Shown here piece by piece: positions 51,570 through 64,000 of a DNA stretch of 64,000 nt; the stretch's first letter is position 1; each line of letters starts with the position of its first letter. Below the pieces are notes generated by a model. It was not told where the DNA came from, searched no databases, and saw nothing but the letters and a program-made list of their open reading frames with translations. This DNA is from Cycas panzhihuaensis (taxonomy: Eukaryota > Plantae > Cycadophyta), in contig CM041465.1 of NCBI GenBank assembly GCA_023213395.1, positions 216,945,741 through 217,009,740 on the forward strand, given 5' to 3'. A program made the translations under genes and the position numbers.

Positions 51570-54500
51570 AGGCGCTAAGGTCGAGTTGCTTTTAATCGCT
51601 CAAACTTCACCGTCTTGAGTGGTTTGGTGAAGATATCGGCCACTTGATCTATTGTGGGCAAGACTCTAATTCAATTCTCCCATCATCAACTACTTCTCTA
51701 ATCCTCTCCACTTTTCTACTTATATCTTTCCTACCATCATCAAATACACCATTTTTACCCATCTCCATTCTACATTCATTATCTACATCTAACCTACTAG
51801 AAGTTATTTGGGTGGGATTTAATGTATTGAATAATTTTGTAAGCCATATGACCTCCTTGGTTGTCTCGTATAAAGAATGTACTCCTTCAGCTTGAGTCTC
51901 GCAACTATCTTTTGGCGTCTGGATGTGGATGATATTGGTGGTGTTGGAAGAAATGTTACGCACCTGCACGTAGATCTTCCCGTGTCTTTATCTCCGCAAA
52001 GTCTCGAGTCTCGTGTATGCATAAAGTTTAAATTTCGCATTGGGTTCATACAATGCACCATATTTGCTAGTCGCCTTTAGGTACCTCAACACTGTATTGC
52101 GACTTGCCAATGATTCTCGCTTAGGATTTGTCATGAATCTTGCAAGAATGCCGACAGAGTGTGCAATATCCGCCTTGTGTTGGTAGTATAGATGAGACTA
52201 CTTACAAGTTGCTCAGAGTGTTGCGTCCGCCTCCCTATTGTCACCATCAATCGAGAGCTTAATATTAGGCTCCATAGGTGTATCCACCGGTCGAGCACCT
52301 TCCAACCGAAACTTTGTCAAGATCGTTGATATATTTTTCTTGGGAGAGAAAGATTTTGCCATCCTTTTGAGTTACTTCAATTCCCAAGTAATATTTCATC
52401 AACCCGAGGTCGACAATTCAAAAGTTTTAGCAAGGTCCTTCTTCACCGGCCGATTACACTGCTCACTATTCCCCGTTATGAGCATGTCATCCACAAAGAT
52501 TAAGAGGTAAGTGACTTTATCATTTTGGCGCTTGATGAATAATGTTGCATCAATATCTTGATAGTCACAAACCTCATATCCAAGTTGCCTCATTCTTTCG
52601 GACAACTTGGTAAACCAAGCACGAGGGCTTGCTTTAGGTCGATAAGGACTTTTTGAGCCTACAAACTTTATGCTCCCGATCAATCTCGTATCCTTCGGCC
52701 GAGCCATGTAAATTTCTTCTTTAAGGTCCCCATTGAGAAATGCGGTCTTAACATCGAGTTGGTGGATTTTCCAACCTCGCTGAGCGCCCAAGGCTATTAG
52801 AGTTCGATTGTAGGCCACTTGGTTGTAGGAGCAAAGATTTCAGTAGTCAATGCCTTCCCTTTGCGTGAATCCTTTTGCTACCAACCTCGCCTTGTGTTTT
52901 CTAGGGTGCCATCCGATCTATACTTGTTTTTGAACACCCATTTATTTTGAACTACCTTTCTTCCAAGTGGTAGATCAACAAGCTCCCATGTACCGCTCTT
53001 AATAAGAGATTGATACTCTTCGTTCATGGCATTTCTCCAAGCCGCATGCTTTACGCCTTCTTGGTACGTTAGGGGCTCTTCATTAAGAGCAAGATGCGCT
53101 CACGGGTTCAAGCTCAACGGAAAGTGATTCATGCATCCTTGCTCTATGGGCACTTCTAGTGCCGCTTTGCCTACCTCATCCGGGTCGCATGTCCTTGTGT
53201 AGTAGGCTTCACGAAAACCTCGAGTTGGGAATGAGGTTTTCATTTCCACAACCTCTTGGTCTTCGCTTTGATCCCGAAAAGGATCATGTGAAATATTTGG
53301 CACGGAGGAAGTTGACGATCTTTGGAGAAGATGGGCCACCACGGATGTTGGAGAAGATGATCCTTCGCTATGGCTTTGCCTTTGTCAACTTGGTCGCTCA
53401 CAAATGATGGTGCTTCGGATGTGTACACATTGGATTGGAGTCACGACTTGTATCCTTCGAGGCTCTATTGTCGATTCCAAGATTTTAAGCATCTGTCAAA
53501 GATCTCCCCTAAATTTTGGAATCTGACATCAAATTCAAGAGCATCATTAAATCGATATGAAGGCCTTGGAGTCAAGTCTCGAGTAATTGATCTTCGCCTC
53601 GCAAAGATAACATCTCTAGTGATGATGATTTTGCGCTCAAGGTATAAAACCTTGTATCCCTTTTGTCCATAGGGTATCCGACAAAGATGCCTTTGATGGC
53701 TCTATCTTGGAGCTTATTTCTATGTTCCCGCAAAATATGAGCATAACAAGTAGAGCCAAAAATTCAAGTGCGAGATAGAGGGTTTGTCCATACCACATTT
53801 CATGTGGAGAGGGGCCGAGCTTGGAGGGACTAACGGTGTTGATGCAATACATGCTGCCCGTATAGCCTCAAATTTCAAAGATAGATAGGGACATTCTTAT
53901 ATACCAAAGATAGCACGAGCCATATTCATGATGGTCCTGCTCATACGCCTAACTCCATTTTTGGGTGTACCGCAATGATGGTCCGATGTTTGATTCCACG
54001 TTGACGTAGGTACGATTCAAACTCATTGGATGTGTACTCGCCACCATTGTCATCCCCGAGTATTTTGATCTTGAATCCATTCATTTTCCACGCGCCTTGA
54101 AAGCTTGAAACATAGAAAAGCTTCATCTTTCTTTGCAAGAAAAGCAACCCATACTTTCTTGGTAAAATCATCAATGAAAGTAATATAGTACCACTACTTG
54201 ATAGAAGGGATGGGCATAGGACCGCATATATCCGAGTGTACAAGCCGCAAAGGTTGGGTAGATTTCCACCGACTATGAGGAAAGGGTTGTCTTTGAGATT
54301 TAGCAATAATACATGCTTCACATTTAAAGGGCTTGAGGGGAACTTAGGCAAACCAGGAAGAGTGTCTTGTAGTTCTCTTAAACGATCAATTTTGATATGG
54401 CCCATACGAGCATGCCATAGAGCTTGGGACAACTTTTGAGGAGTCGTGGTTGTGGTAAAACAAATTCATCATCAACATAGTTGACTTCAGAGGATGGTGA

Positions 54501-56030
54501 GCCAGTTAGGCCGAAAAGTTTACCATCAAGAATTCCGGTCATAACCACAGCATTTGAAGGAGGGTGAATGACACGTAGAGTTTGATTGTTTGCGCTACAC
54601 TCGGATCAAATCCACGAGAGACAAGGGTGGACAGGAGAGCGATTCGCTCAGAAAGCGAGAATATATAAAACATCAACAAGTGTAAAACTGGAAGGCACAG
54701 GAGTTTCGTGCAAACTGCTCCAAGTCCTTCGATCGGCCGAGATGATTTGTCGACCATGTGTACAACACCACGAACTTGAGTCAAAATCTTGAAAGAACTG
54801 GCGATGACAAGTCATGTGTTGTGTTGCTCCAAGATCCATGATCCACGATGAAGTATTTGAGGTAGCACTATTTGCAACTCCAAGTGGTGAAGGCAAAAGT
54901 GAATAAGCATAGCCACAATGAGCCTCAATATACTTAGTGGATCTATCAACAACATTTGATGAAGTGGTCCCAATTCTTTGAAGGTGTGCATGAGCAAATT
55001 CGTTCCACCAAAAGCATCTTCAAAAGAAGTATTATCAACATTATGTGCACCATGGCGTTGATAACTTGGTAGTTTGTTGGTGGCGCTCGCAATTTTTGGC
55101 ATAATGTCCTCTTCTATTACACCTTTGGCACACGATTGTTTGATTTCCAGTCAAGTATTAGACCGGCCGATTGTCTCTCGATTCATCGGATCTAGGTCCA
55201 AAGTTGATTATTTTGCCCTTGGCCTTGAGACTGCTTTTTGTTGGAATTGAGGAGCCTGTTGACTAAGAGGACGTTGTCCTTGTTGTCTACCTCTTCCTCT
55301 TCCTCGGAAATTACCACCTCTACGAGAGTATTGAGCTTGATTTGTGGTGTATCAAAGATCTTCTTCCACTTCAAAAGCGGATCAATTGGATCCGATGTAG
55401 TGGCAAAGTTGGTATCAAAGGTCTTATCAAATTCAATGAACTTATCGAAGATCCTCAAAGTTTAGGGTCTTTAAAGTTCCTTTGGATTGAAGACTCCCCA
55501 ATAGATTTTATAATCGGGATATGGAGACATGGTGAATCAAGAAAGCCCATGTAATGCATTGAGTTTTAAAATCTTTATCAATGGCTTGCTTGATTGGACG
55601 AAGGAGATTGATTGTCTCACTTGCATGTCCTTTTGCATTTTCAATTTGTTCATCTTGACAAAGACTAAGTGAACAAATTCTAAGTCTGATTTAGTGTCAA
55701 AGTTCTTCTTAAGAACTTCAAGAACTTTCCATGTTTGTATCATGTACTTCATCAATGAGATTATGCAGGAATAATCATGACAAGCGAGATCCCCGCACGG
55801 ATTTTATCATCATCAAGTTCCCATTGGCGTTTAGCTACGCCTTGATGGGGCGGCTTGAGCACCTCCTCAAGCAGCTTGTGGTAGTCAATGCAATGTGTGG
55901 TGTAGGTTGTAAGTGATCTCTCCATAGACCTTCATACTTTGCGGCATTTCGACACCAAAGGAACCACATGTCCCAATTTTCTTTCCCTTTTAGAATGCAG
56001 TCACATTTTGCTTGAATTGTGAAGACATTA
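51570..56030 (-). pseudogene. Element C gag-pol, broken into many short frames as given
   Basis: 'WIMDLGATQHMT' (54648-54896), 'LWHARMGH..DNGGEYTSNEF' (53941-54432), 'HQLDVKTAFLNGDL..FVDDMLI' (52399-52818) and RNase H fragments (51649-52061). Confidence 0.93.
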
Positions 56031-56191
56031 CATCTTTTAGAAGGGAAGAAATGAACAAGGGACTATAAAAGTGATGGTAATAAATGACCGATCACTATTT
56101 ACAAATGGGAAATGTAATGAAGTAGTGTAGAAGAAGGAAGAAGAAGTGAGAATGGTTGCTCAAAGATGAAGGGAGCAACTTAGAGAAAAGT

Positions 56192-56387
56192 CACCAACAC
56201 TTGTGACAAATATTAACCTGACGCAGCAGGAATATGAGAAGAACTATGATAAAAATTGGCCACTAACACTTGTGGCAAATATTAACCTGACGCAGCAGGA
56301 ATATGAGAAGAACTATGATAAAAATTGGCCACTAACACTTGTGGCAAATATTAACCTGACGCAGCAGAATATGAGAAGCACTATGAT
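56192..56387. repeat. 69-bp tandem repeat (~2.8 near-identical copies) in the 5' leader of element C, just upstream of gag
   Basis: CACTAACACTTGTGGCAAATATTAACCTGACGCAGCAGGAATATGAGAAGAACTATGATAAAAATTGGC-type units start at 56192, 56261 and 56330. Confidence 0.95.
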
Positions 56388-57267
56388 TGTGATTACACTA
56401 TGGATCACTTTTTACAAATAAGTAAGTGATCAATATACAAGATTGTAGGCCAATGTAGAAGTTGACATCATTAGGTTTACACAACTTGAAGCTCGAATGT
56501 AGGATGCGTAATCAACCCAATAACCTCTAACTTGTGTCCAACGTGTAGTTGAGGTTGTTGAAGGATGCCTAGGCTTCTAGTAGAATTAATTTGGCCTTCA
56601 CCCGCGATACCCGCAATCGTGCTTGGTGATGAAATCCAAGTCACAACGGAGCCCAGGTACTCCCAATCCTCACCCAGTTCACCAATGAGCAGCTATATAC
56701 CTCCTCTAAAGAGTGGTACGTGCATACCCATGGCTATGACGGATATTGGATCGGGTATATTTTAATCTTGTATTAAAGTTTCAATTTTCCTGGTTGGTTA
56801 TCAGGATGATCCCTGATTGAGGCACGATGGTATGGCTAACCAAACCTCACCAATATTCCGGTTTAGTCCAGACCCAACTTGAAACCCACACCTCCTTTAT
56901 GGCACTAAGATTACGCCAACCAAGGTATCTCAACCTTGGCGAGTGTGTGAACAGTACAAGATGGCGGAAAATAGCGTCGTGATGTTCCTTTTAGGAAGAG
57001 TGAAAAGATTATCGAATTGCATCAAACGTACATTTAACTGAAAATAATGCTTGCTTGGAGTGCTTGCTTGCTTGAAGTGTCTTTGGAGTGCTTGCTTTGA
57101 GTGATTTTAGAGTGCTGAAATGCAATGCTCAATAAGTGAGTGAGGACACCGGATATTGCTCCGATCCGTGTTTTTTTCTCACTTTTACAATGGGCTTTTA
57201 AGCCTTATAAAAAGGAAGAAATTTTCTTCATTTTTTTTTTTTTTTGTTAATACAAAAAAAAAGTACT

Positions 57268-57570
57268 CTTCACTAAATCTGCAATAACTTTCTCCCACGA
57301 TGTCGAAATGGAGTGCCGATTTTTGTGCCGCAAACTAGACTCGAGCTTCATCTTCGTAAAGTGGAATCAGTCCAAATGAGTTCGAACATTTTTGACAGCA
57401 AAGTTAGGAAATTATATTTTTCCAGAATTCTTACTAAAAATAACTGCTGTTCACTAAAACAGCAATAACTTCCTCATACGGCATCCAAATTAGGTGCCGG
57501 TTTTTGTGCTGGAAAGTAGACTCAGAGCCCCATCTTTGACAATTGGAATCACTTCAATTGGATCTCAGAG
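57268..57570. repeat. Diverged ~181-bp-period direct duplication in the leader of element C
   Basis: CACTAAA..GCAATAACTT....GTGCCGRTTTTTGTGC..AA.TAGACTC..CATCTT..TGGAATCA occurs at ~57271 and ~57452. Confidence 0.75.
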
Positions 57571-59899
57571 AAGATTTTGCGGACTGTGAAGTTCAGCAAT
57601 CAAATTGAATTTCTGCAGAAATTTCAGCTTTCTAATCTCTCATTAACACATGATACCATATGAAATTTCCATCATTTTTGATCACGGGATCCCAATATGG
57701 GCAAGGTGAGAGCATACAATGATAGATATTTTAAATGGCTCAAAATTCTTTAAAAATGGGTAAAACTCCCTTACAATCATTCTTCTAAATCTTTGGAAAA
57801 ATTTCGGACATTTCCCTTGTTAAATGGACAAAAAGGAAAAGAAAAGAAGAATGGGATAGCATGAATGGCCAAAGGATTGGAATCCTTGGGCCTTACAACT
57901 CCTTGTATTATGCTTCCAAACCTCGCAAAAGAGAAAGGAAAGGAAAACAATACAAAATATGCTATCATAATAACTTGAAAATATTTCTAAATTCACTTTC
58001 ACAATCTCCTTCACCACATGGATTGTGGGGAGAAGGAAGTGATGGCTCCATTGCAAGTGCAAGTGGGGAATATGAAGGAAGCAAGCTCTGATACCACATG
58101 AAAAGAGTGGATCTATCCTTCATCTCCATGCACTAAACACAAAGGCAAACATGGGAGCAAGAGAGACTTGAGAGAAAGAAAGTAGCTCTCACAAAATGGG
58201 GAGGTAAAGAATGAATCTCCTCCATTGAGCTTTACTTTTATATTGAGAGAGGGAGCATTTGGGTTAGGTGAAATGAAATTACACATAATGCACATGAAAG
58301 TGCATTTCACTTAAGTGATCTAATTTAAAGTTCACTTAAGACCTTTTTCCAAATAATCAACTAATGTAATGACCTTATGTCATTAACCCTTTTCACATCA
58401 CAAATCTCTCACACTAGATTTGAAACTGCAAGTAGTGAAATGACTTGTAATAATATCTCCCAAATCTTCTTGCCAACCTTTTGTCACTTGGGCTTCAGGA
58501 GCATTTTGTATAATTGTCCCTACAGTACCAAGATTTGCAAGAATGAAGGCCACTTGCGGCTCAATGTACAGAAATATGGTGTCATCACTAGTCTTGAGAA
58601 AAGTGGCCTTCGACTCTCCGAATGTGATTGCATTGACCAGGTCGAACTTGAACCCAACCCCTGTACCATCACCTCCACCTCTGTCGAGCTCTCTAAACTC
58701 TTGAGTGTCAACCATTAACAACCAAAGGTAATGTGGCATGGGATTAATCACATATTTGCATTGGCATTCTTGGGAAGTTTGTCAGATTTGGTAAAGTATA
58801 GGGAGGTCACTTGCATCATAGTATGTCTCCTGCACTTCGTGCAACTTAAATAATGACGAGCGAGTTTCCAATTTGAATAATTAAGGACATCTGTGTGATC
58901 TTCTTTTGAATTATGCAACTACATATTTCAATGAGCGATGATAAACCTCCACCATATGGGTGACGATCTAGCGCATTGATAGAGTGAACATAAAATCACA
59001 TATACAATGAATGCTTTTGCATTCATTTCTATGTCTCATCCCTGTTGTCATGGATGACATAAGTTTGCTTGCCATCACAAATTGTGACATAAGTACATTT
59101 GGTCAGATGACCCAAACACTTTGGTCAACCCATGCACCCACTCAATTTGTCACCATCCACAAAACTGGATTTGCATGCCACTATCATTGTCGTGGATCAA
59201 CCAAACATTGCTCATCACATTCTTCATCACCCCTGTTGTCATGATTTACATCGATTTTGTCCAGATGTTGATGAACCACTACCACACCCTTTACTTTTCA
59301 AAGTGGCATATTCATTAAATATATTCACTGGGGTGCCTGCCACACCCCCACTACATTTCATCAACAATCGAGTAGCTTGCCAACAACTGTTACTACATTG
59401 GGTGAAACAATACTCATGGTCGCTGCTGAGGCAACCATCCAATTGACTGGATTTACAACACTGGCCAACTGAAAGATCAAAATTTTGATGCATGCACTAG
59501 TCCAATAACACCCACAACTAGTACCAAATAGTCTCATAACCAACGAACTAAACATCTTTCTTATTGCAAACAATCCCTTCTAACAGACACACCCCTGTTT
59601 AGAATAGATCCACATGGTACACCATAGGCAGTTGTAAAGCATCCTCTATTGTAACATCCACCAACGACCCAACTGGGTCTTTTAGAGACCACTAGGCAGT
59701 CCACCTTCACCTTGCTCAAGCATTCACCATGAACCTTAGAAGCAAGTGATTAAGTGAACAACTCATTAATGCAACACCAACTCAAACACACCTCTGCTTC
59801 CAAATAGATTCGCAAGGAAGACACAAGGCATTTGGACCATTGAATGATAGCAACAAAGTCAAACGGATCGAGCTTGAAACCCAGGTGCAAGCATCTACG

Positions 59900-61000
59900 C
59901 CTATGTTAAAGATAGATAGAAACTTGCTTTCGCTAGCAGTAAGAAGGTGCTAAGGCCCCAAAAGGCTCCAACCAATATATGAGGGACTTGCTTTCGTTGA
60001 GGGACAAAGTTGGGCCTGACCACCAATGCTCAGCACTTGATCAAGATTCCAAGTGCCACACACGATCCTAAAAAACCAACATACTCACTGCAGACCACAC
60101 AAAACCCTTCAAATCAACATTTGCATATGCACCTCGAACCATAATCGAAAAGGAATTGTAGAGCAACTCCAGACCACTACACAACATCTTAATCCTCCTC
60201 CAACAAATCCTCTAGAGAAGAGCAAGCCAACCACTACGTTCTCAGGATAGGGAAAAAGAGCCCCAAAGGGCTAAACAAGAGCTCTACCTCTAAGATTCCA
60301 CACGTGAGAACCGAGCCAAACCCCAATAAGAATCGATTCCAACAACCCCCCTAGAACCCATAAGTGGAGGCCCAACAATCCTGTGTCAATGCGTAACAAC
60401 ATCCCCTTGGGAGGATCAACCCAAAACACACCCACTCCCAACAACGAGGCAGGGACTAGGTCTAGCAACCCATTTGGATACTAAGATTAGAATCCCACCC
60501 AACTTGCAAAGGCTCTTAGTTGCCTCACCTAGGGAAAAACAACCTTAAGCCTACCCCCTCCCAACACTGAGGTAGGAAAGCGTGACCGCCATAAACCCAA
60601 GGAGAGATAACAACCCTCCCATTGGGAGGACGCGACAAAAACCACACAAGAGGAGGAAAGCTTCCTATAGACAACAAGCTTAAATAGTAAAGGGTCAGAA
60701 GACTGATTGTGGCAACAACACCTGATAACCTAGGAAGAATAGCAGGGGAGCCTGCTAGAGGCTAGTGCGCGAGCATGAGACCGCCTTAAACGTTCCACTT
60801 GAAATCAAACAAGAATTGATTTTATCTTTTAAACGATCAAAGAGTCCTTGAGACAATATGAATTCTAAGCCAGGATCCTCTTGAACACGCAGAGCCACTC
60901 CTCAACTATAGTATCGTCCTCAATAGCTAGAGTGAAACAATCTAACCCAACAATGCTTGGCCACTCTAGTACCACTAGGTGGATGTTTGCCTAAGCCGCC
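59900..61000 (-). mobile_element. Possible LINE ORF2 remnant
   Basis: Minus-strand 'WNLDQVLSIGGQAQL...SPSYIGWSLLGP' (~60052-59953) loosely resembles the L1 post-RT 'W...LSxGGR..L...P.Y' motif. The + strand is C/A-skewed. Confidence 0.3.
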
Positions 61001-62869
61001 TAGGGTTGAGCTTGACAGATCCTTGCAACCTTCATCCTCTCCCTTAAGTGTATAAGGTGGCCTTAGGTCTATTTTAATCATGGCTTTAAAGCTTATTTAG
61101 ATTTATTACACTAGCTTAGAGTATAGTGCTTAGTGGCACTAAGGTAATCCTAATCTACGGTTCTCTACAAAATTGTACCCTCTTTATTCATGGCCACACT
61201 TGGCACATACACTATTATCATATATGACAAAATTAAATGAATAAAGCATGGTACATAAAATAGGTCAATTTTCGCAATATTAACACCTCACGTGTGCAAG
61301 TAAAGCCACACCATATACATACTGCAAACCATCAAATGTAATGTATACAATGTTACCATTTTCTTTCCAATGAAATATGCATGATTAAAAGATGGAACAT
61401 TAGTCATATTTGTACCATGCAATATGACATAATTGCAAAACAAATGATAAAAGTATAGCCCTAAAATCATTTTTAAGTCTTAGGGTTTCAAGTGGAGAGT
61501 CAACATAAAATATTGAGGACTATTTTTGGATAGAATTTTGGTGTTTGAAGATAATGATAGGATGTTAAATTCAACCATCACTTTACTATAAAATTTAGTT
61601 TACACCATGTCAATTCTCTCCATACATTTATGGCTAATTTTTTCCATACATTTATGGCTAACTTTTTATGTTTTCTTCTTTTCAAGCTTAGGGTTTTTCG
61701 TGGCCAATAAATTGCCTAATTGTGTAGTTTGTATACATAATCATATGGCCCCATTTAGAGTTGGTCATAGAATGTGTGTATACAGTTGTACGACCTATTG
61801 TATGACTCTTATAAATGATAGTTGTACAACCTTTGGTGGCTACTATATGGCTTACTATGAGGGTAGTTGTATGGCCTTGCTATATGCAAGCTATACAATC
61901 TCTCTTATGAGCATACACTTAGGTAGCAAAAATTCCAAAAATTAAATGCACTCATGAAAGATAGTTGATGGAGTTACTTACCTCTCTTTGCCTCCTTTGA
62001 TGCACTTACCTTTCCATGGAGTCACCCTCCTTGTTTGGTTTCTATGGCTGAATTTGGTTCCTCTTGAGTCTTCCTCTTCTTAGGCTTCTATAAGATGCCC
62101 TCCTTGCCCTTCCCCATCAACCTCTTCACGTGCATTTATGAGAGTAGAATATGATTAAACTCTCTCGCCCAACATAAGTCTATATACCAAATATTCTTCC
62201 AACAATCTTCTTTGAGGGATTTTGAAAAGAGAAATAAAGAGGTGCTTTACCTTGGTGTTTATGCACTCCATTGCACCCTGCCCTTTTTAGGGTTTTCAAA
62301 CTTAGATTTTTCATTTCTAAGTATTCTAAGTGCCAATTTTTGTCTTATGACACCATGAGACAAACTTGTTGTACTCCACAAGAATGAAATGGTAAACTAG
62401 GCTTATATATTGAAAATTACTAGTGTACAAAATTAGAATTTTGCTTTGTATAATCTTGAATAAACAACTTTATGAACAAGAGAAAAACTTTCTTAAATAT
62501 GCCATGTTATGCGATATTCAATGATAAAGAGTACTAAACAATAAGATATACTTTTGCATTGGTATAACTCAAGCTAGAGATAATCCATAATCTGCAAAAT
62601 ACAAAAAGTTTGACATTACAAATGTATTGCACAAAAGAAGAGATGGAGGATAGAAGTCAATGAGAGAGAATCTTAATGAGAGTATTTAAGAGTGAACAAA
62701 AATGAATTCAAACACCAAAGAGAGCTAAATAATATCACTATAGAGGGTAGGGATGACATCACTCTCCCAGGAAATCACGTGTCCAAGCTAGATTTGGAGG
62801 CTAGCCCATCCTACTAATTATCTTACCCTAATTGTATCATATTACAAAGGTGGGCTTTCCTTGGCTTAA

Positions 62870-63150
62870 TATCAGTTATGTGTTAGGTTTTGTCGGGGCT
62901 TAATACTTGTGCCAAGCTAGGTCTTATTTGGACTTCCTACCAATTCCATTATTGCACTTACTTGGGTTTTGTGCTAGTTCTAAGTTAGGCCTTACCCATG
63001 CTTCCTACTAGTGCGATTGATGGACCTAATTGGGCATAGTATTAGTACCATTCTAAGACTTATTCAAGCTCCCCACTAGTGCCATTGTTGGACTTAGTTG
63101 GGCTATATTTTGATTCTAGTTTAAGTCTTATCCATCCTCGTTGTTAGTGC
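62870..63150. repeat. Degenerate ~68-bp tandem repeat (~4 units), probably within an old LTR or leader remnant
   Basis: CTTCCTAC(T)AGTGC..TTG.TGGAC.TA.TTGGG recurs at ~62933, 63001, 63069 and 63136. Confidence 0.6.
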
Positions 63151-64000
63151 AAAACCAAATGGCTCCCAAGCCTTCATGATAGCGTTATAGATAGTAACTT
63201 CCTTAGGGTGGAATCCTTTGCCAATATCCATAGTTGTGTTGAATCTCATTTACTACTCTTAATTCACTTTGGTGTAGTTCTCCTCATAAGCTCACCTATG
63301 TGTCAAACATCAAAGAACTCATTGTTGCACTTCCCTTCCAACCCCCTTCACTTCTCTTTAACTAATACATTGAAAGACCATTGGAAAGGTCATATAAAAT
63401 AAAGTGAAGAGACACCTAGTAAGGTGAGGAGTCAAGAGTCATCTTTTCAAGGTCTTAGAAGTACACCTTTTATAAGTGATGATTTCCTCCACTACACCTT
63501 GACTCTTTTACATGCTAAAGTTACCCTAAGGATTACAATAATAATGCATGGTCCTTCCTAGAGTTACACTATTAATAAATCGGCGTGCTTAGGGTGATAA
63601 CAATAATTCTTGATCTTTCTCGAGGTGTTCCATAATTCTCTCCCCACTGGTGAGATCATTGCTCTTAATGATCCATTCATAATAAAGCATTAGCCTCCAC
63701 AGAATCTTTAGATTAGCAAGCATATGCATCAATCAACTAATGTGTTGACTGTATTGAATAATTGATAATTTCTCTTCTTTGCAGCTTTCGGATCTTGAGC
63801 ATTAAGAATCCTTTTTGCTTCTATATATTGGACATCCATGATCATAGGAATTTGATTGTCAAAACATAGAAAAGGTATCTTTAATTGACTAACATGGAAG
63901 ACTAGATATATCCTTTACATAAGGCAACAACTGTAAGTAATAAGCCACATCTCCAACCATTTTCAAAACTAAGGATTTGCAATAACATGTAGAAAATTTG

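Larger units (their letters stand above)
50828..58395 (-). mobile_element. Very young Ty1/Copia element C (298/297-bp LTRs, TSD CATCA, ~2-kb 5' leader)
   Basis: LTRs at 50828-51125 and 58099-58395 differ only by one C in a C-run. Termini TGAAAAG...CTTTTCA. TSD CATCA at 50823-50827 and 58396-58400. PBS TGGTATCAGAGC at 58096-58085. PPT AAGGGGGAGA at ~51136-51127. Confidence 0.97.
50400..58600 (+). mobile_element. Possible degenerate L1-type LINE ORF1 remnant (DUF4283-like plus zinc knuckle), split by element C
   Basis: Left of C: 'VPWIINSLHFVCQ' (~50636-50675) resembles the DUF4283 'GPWxxxxxxL' motif. Right of C: 'SILYNCPYSTKICKNEGHL' (~58500-58556) resembles the ORF1 'Y..LP..C..C...GH' knuckle. 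Pattern recognition only. Confidence 0.4.

Noticed and set aside
56203-56421. ORF with a 23-aa repeat
   Set aside because: By-product of the 69-bp tandem repeat, antisense to element C's leader.
61607-61945. Cys-containing ORF as the Cys-rich tail of a class C Ggamma
   Set aside because: The Cys codons come from a repeated AGTTGTA(C/T)G-like DNA motif. It lacks the dense CC/CxC pattern and a convincing acceptor.

Overview
Eukaryotic, AT-rich, CpG-depleted plant genomic DNA; the TE-dense context suggests a large-genome land plant such as a fern, lycophyte or gymnosperm (inference). There is one recognisable host gene: a heterotrimeric G-protein gamma subunit on the + strand. Its coding exons are 17020-17211, 20833-20885 and 21109-21153; the 53-nt and 45-nt exons are typical of plant Ggamma genes, and its 3' end is unresolved. 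Almost everything else is LTR-retrotransposon sequence of different ages. Three decayed Copia remnants lie upstream (1-14.1 kb). Downstream is a nested complex. An old Copia (D, 22044-45458) had its 5' LTR hit by an Athila-like Gypsy carrying an extra ORF (B). A ~3.6-kb inversion then flipped B's 5' LTR and D's 5' half, leaving an inverted TSD and a ~270-bp inverted duplication at the breakpoints. A young Copia (A, 34536-41737) later inserted inside the inversion. A very young Copia (C, 50828-58395) sits in a probable LINE ORF1 remnant. No rRNA, tRNA or CRISPR features were seen. All percent identities are manual estimates.
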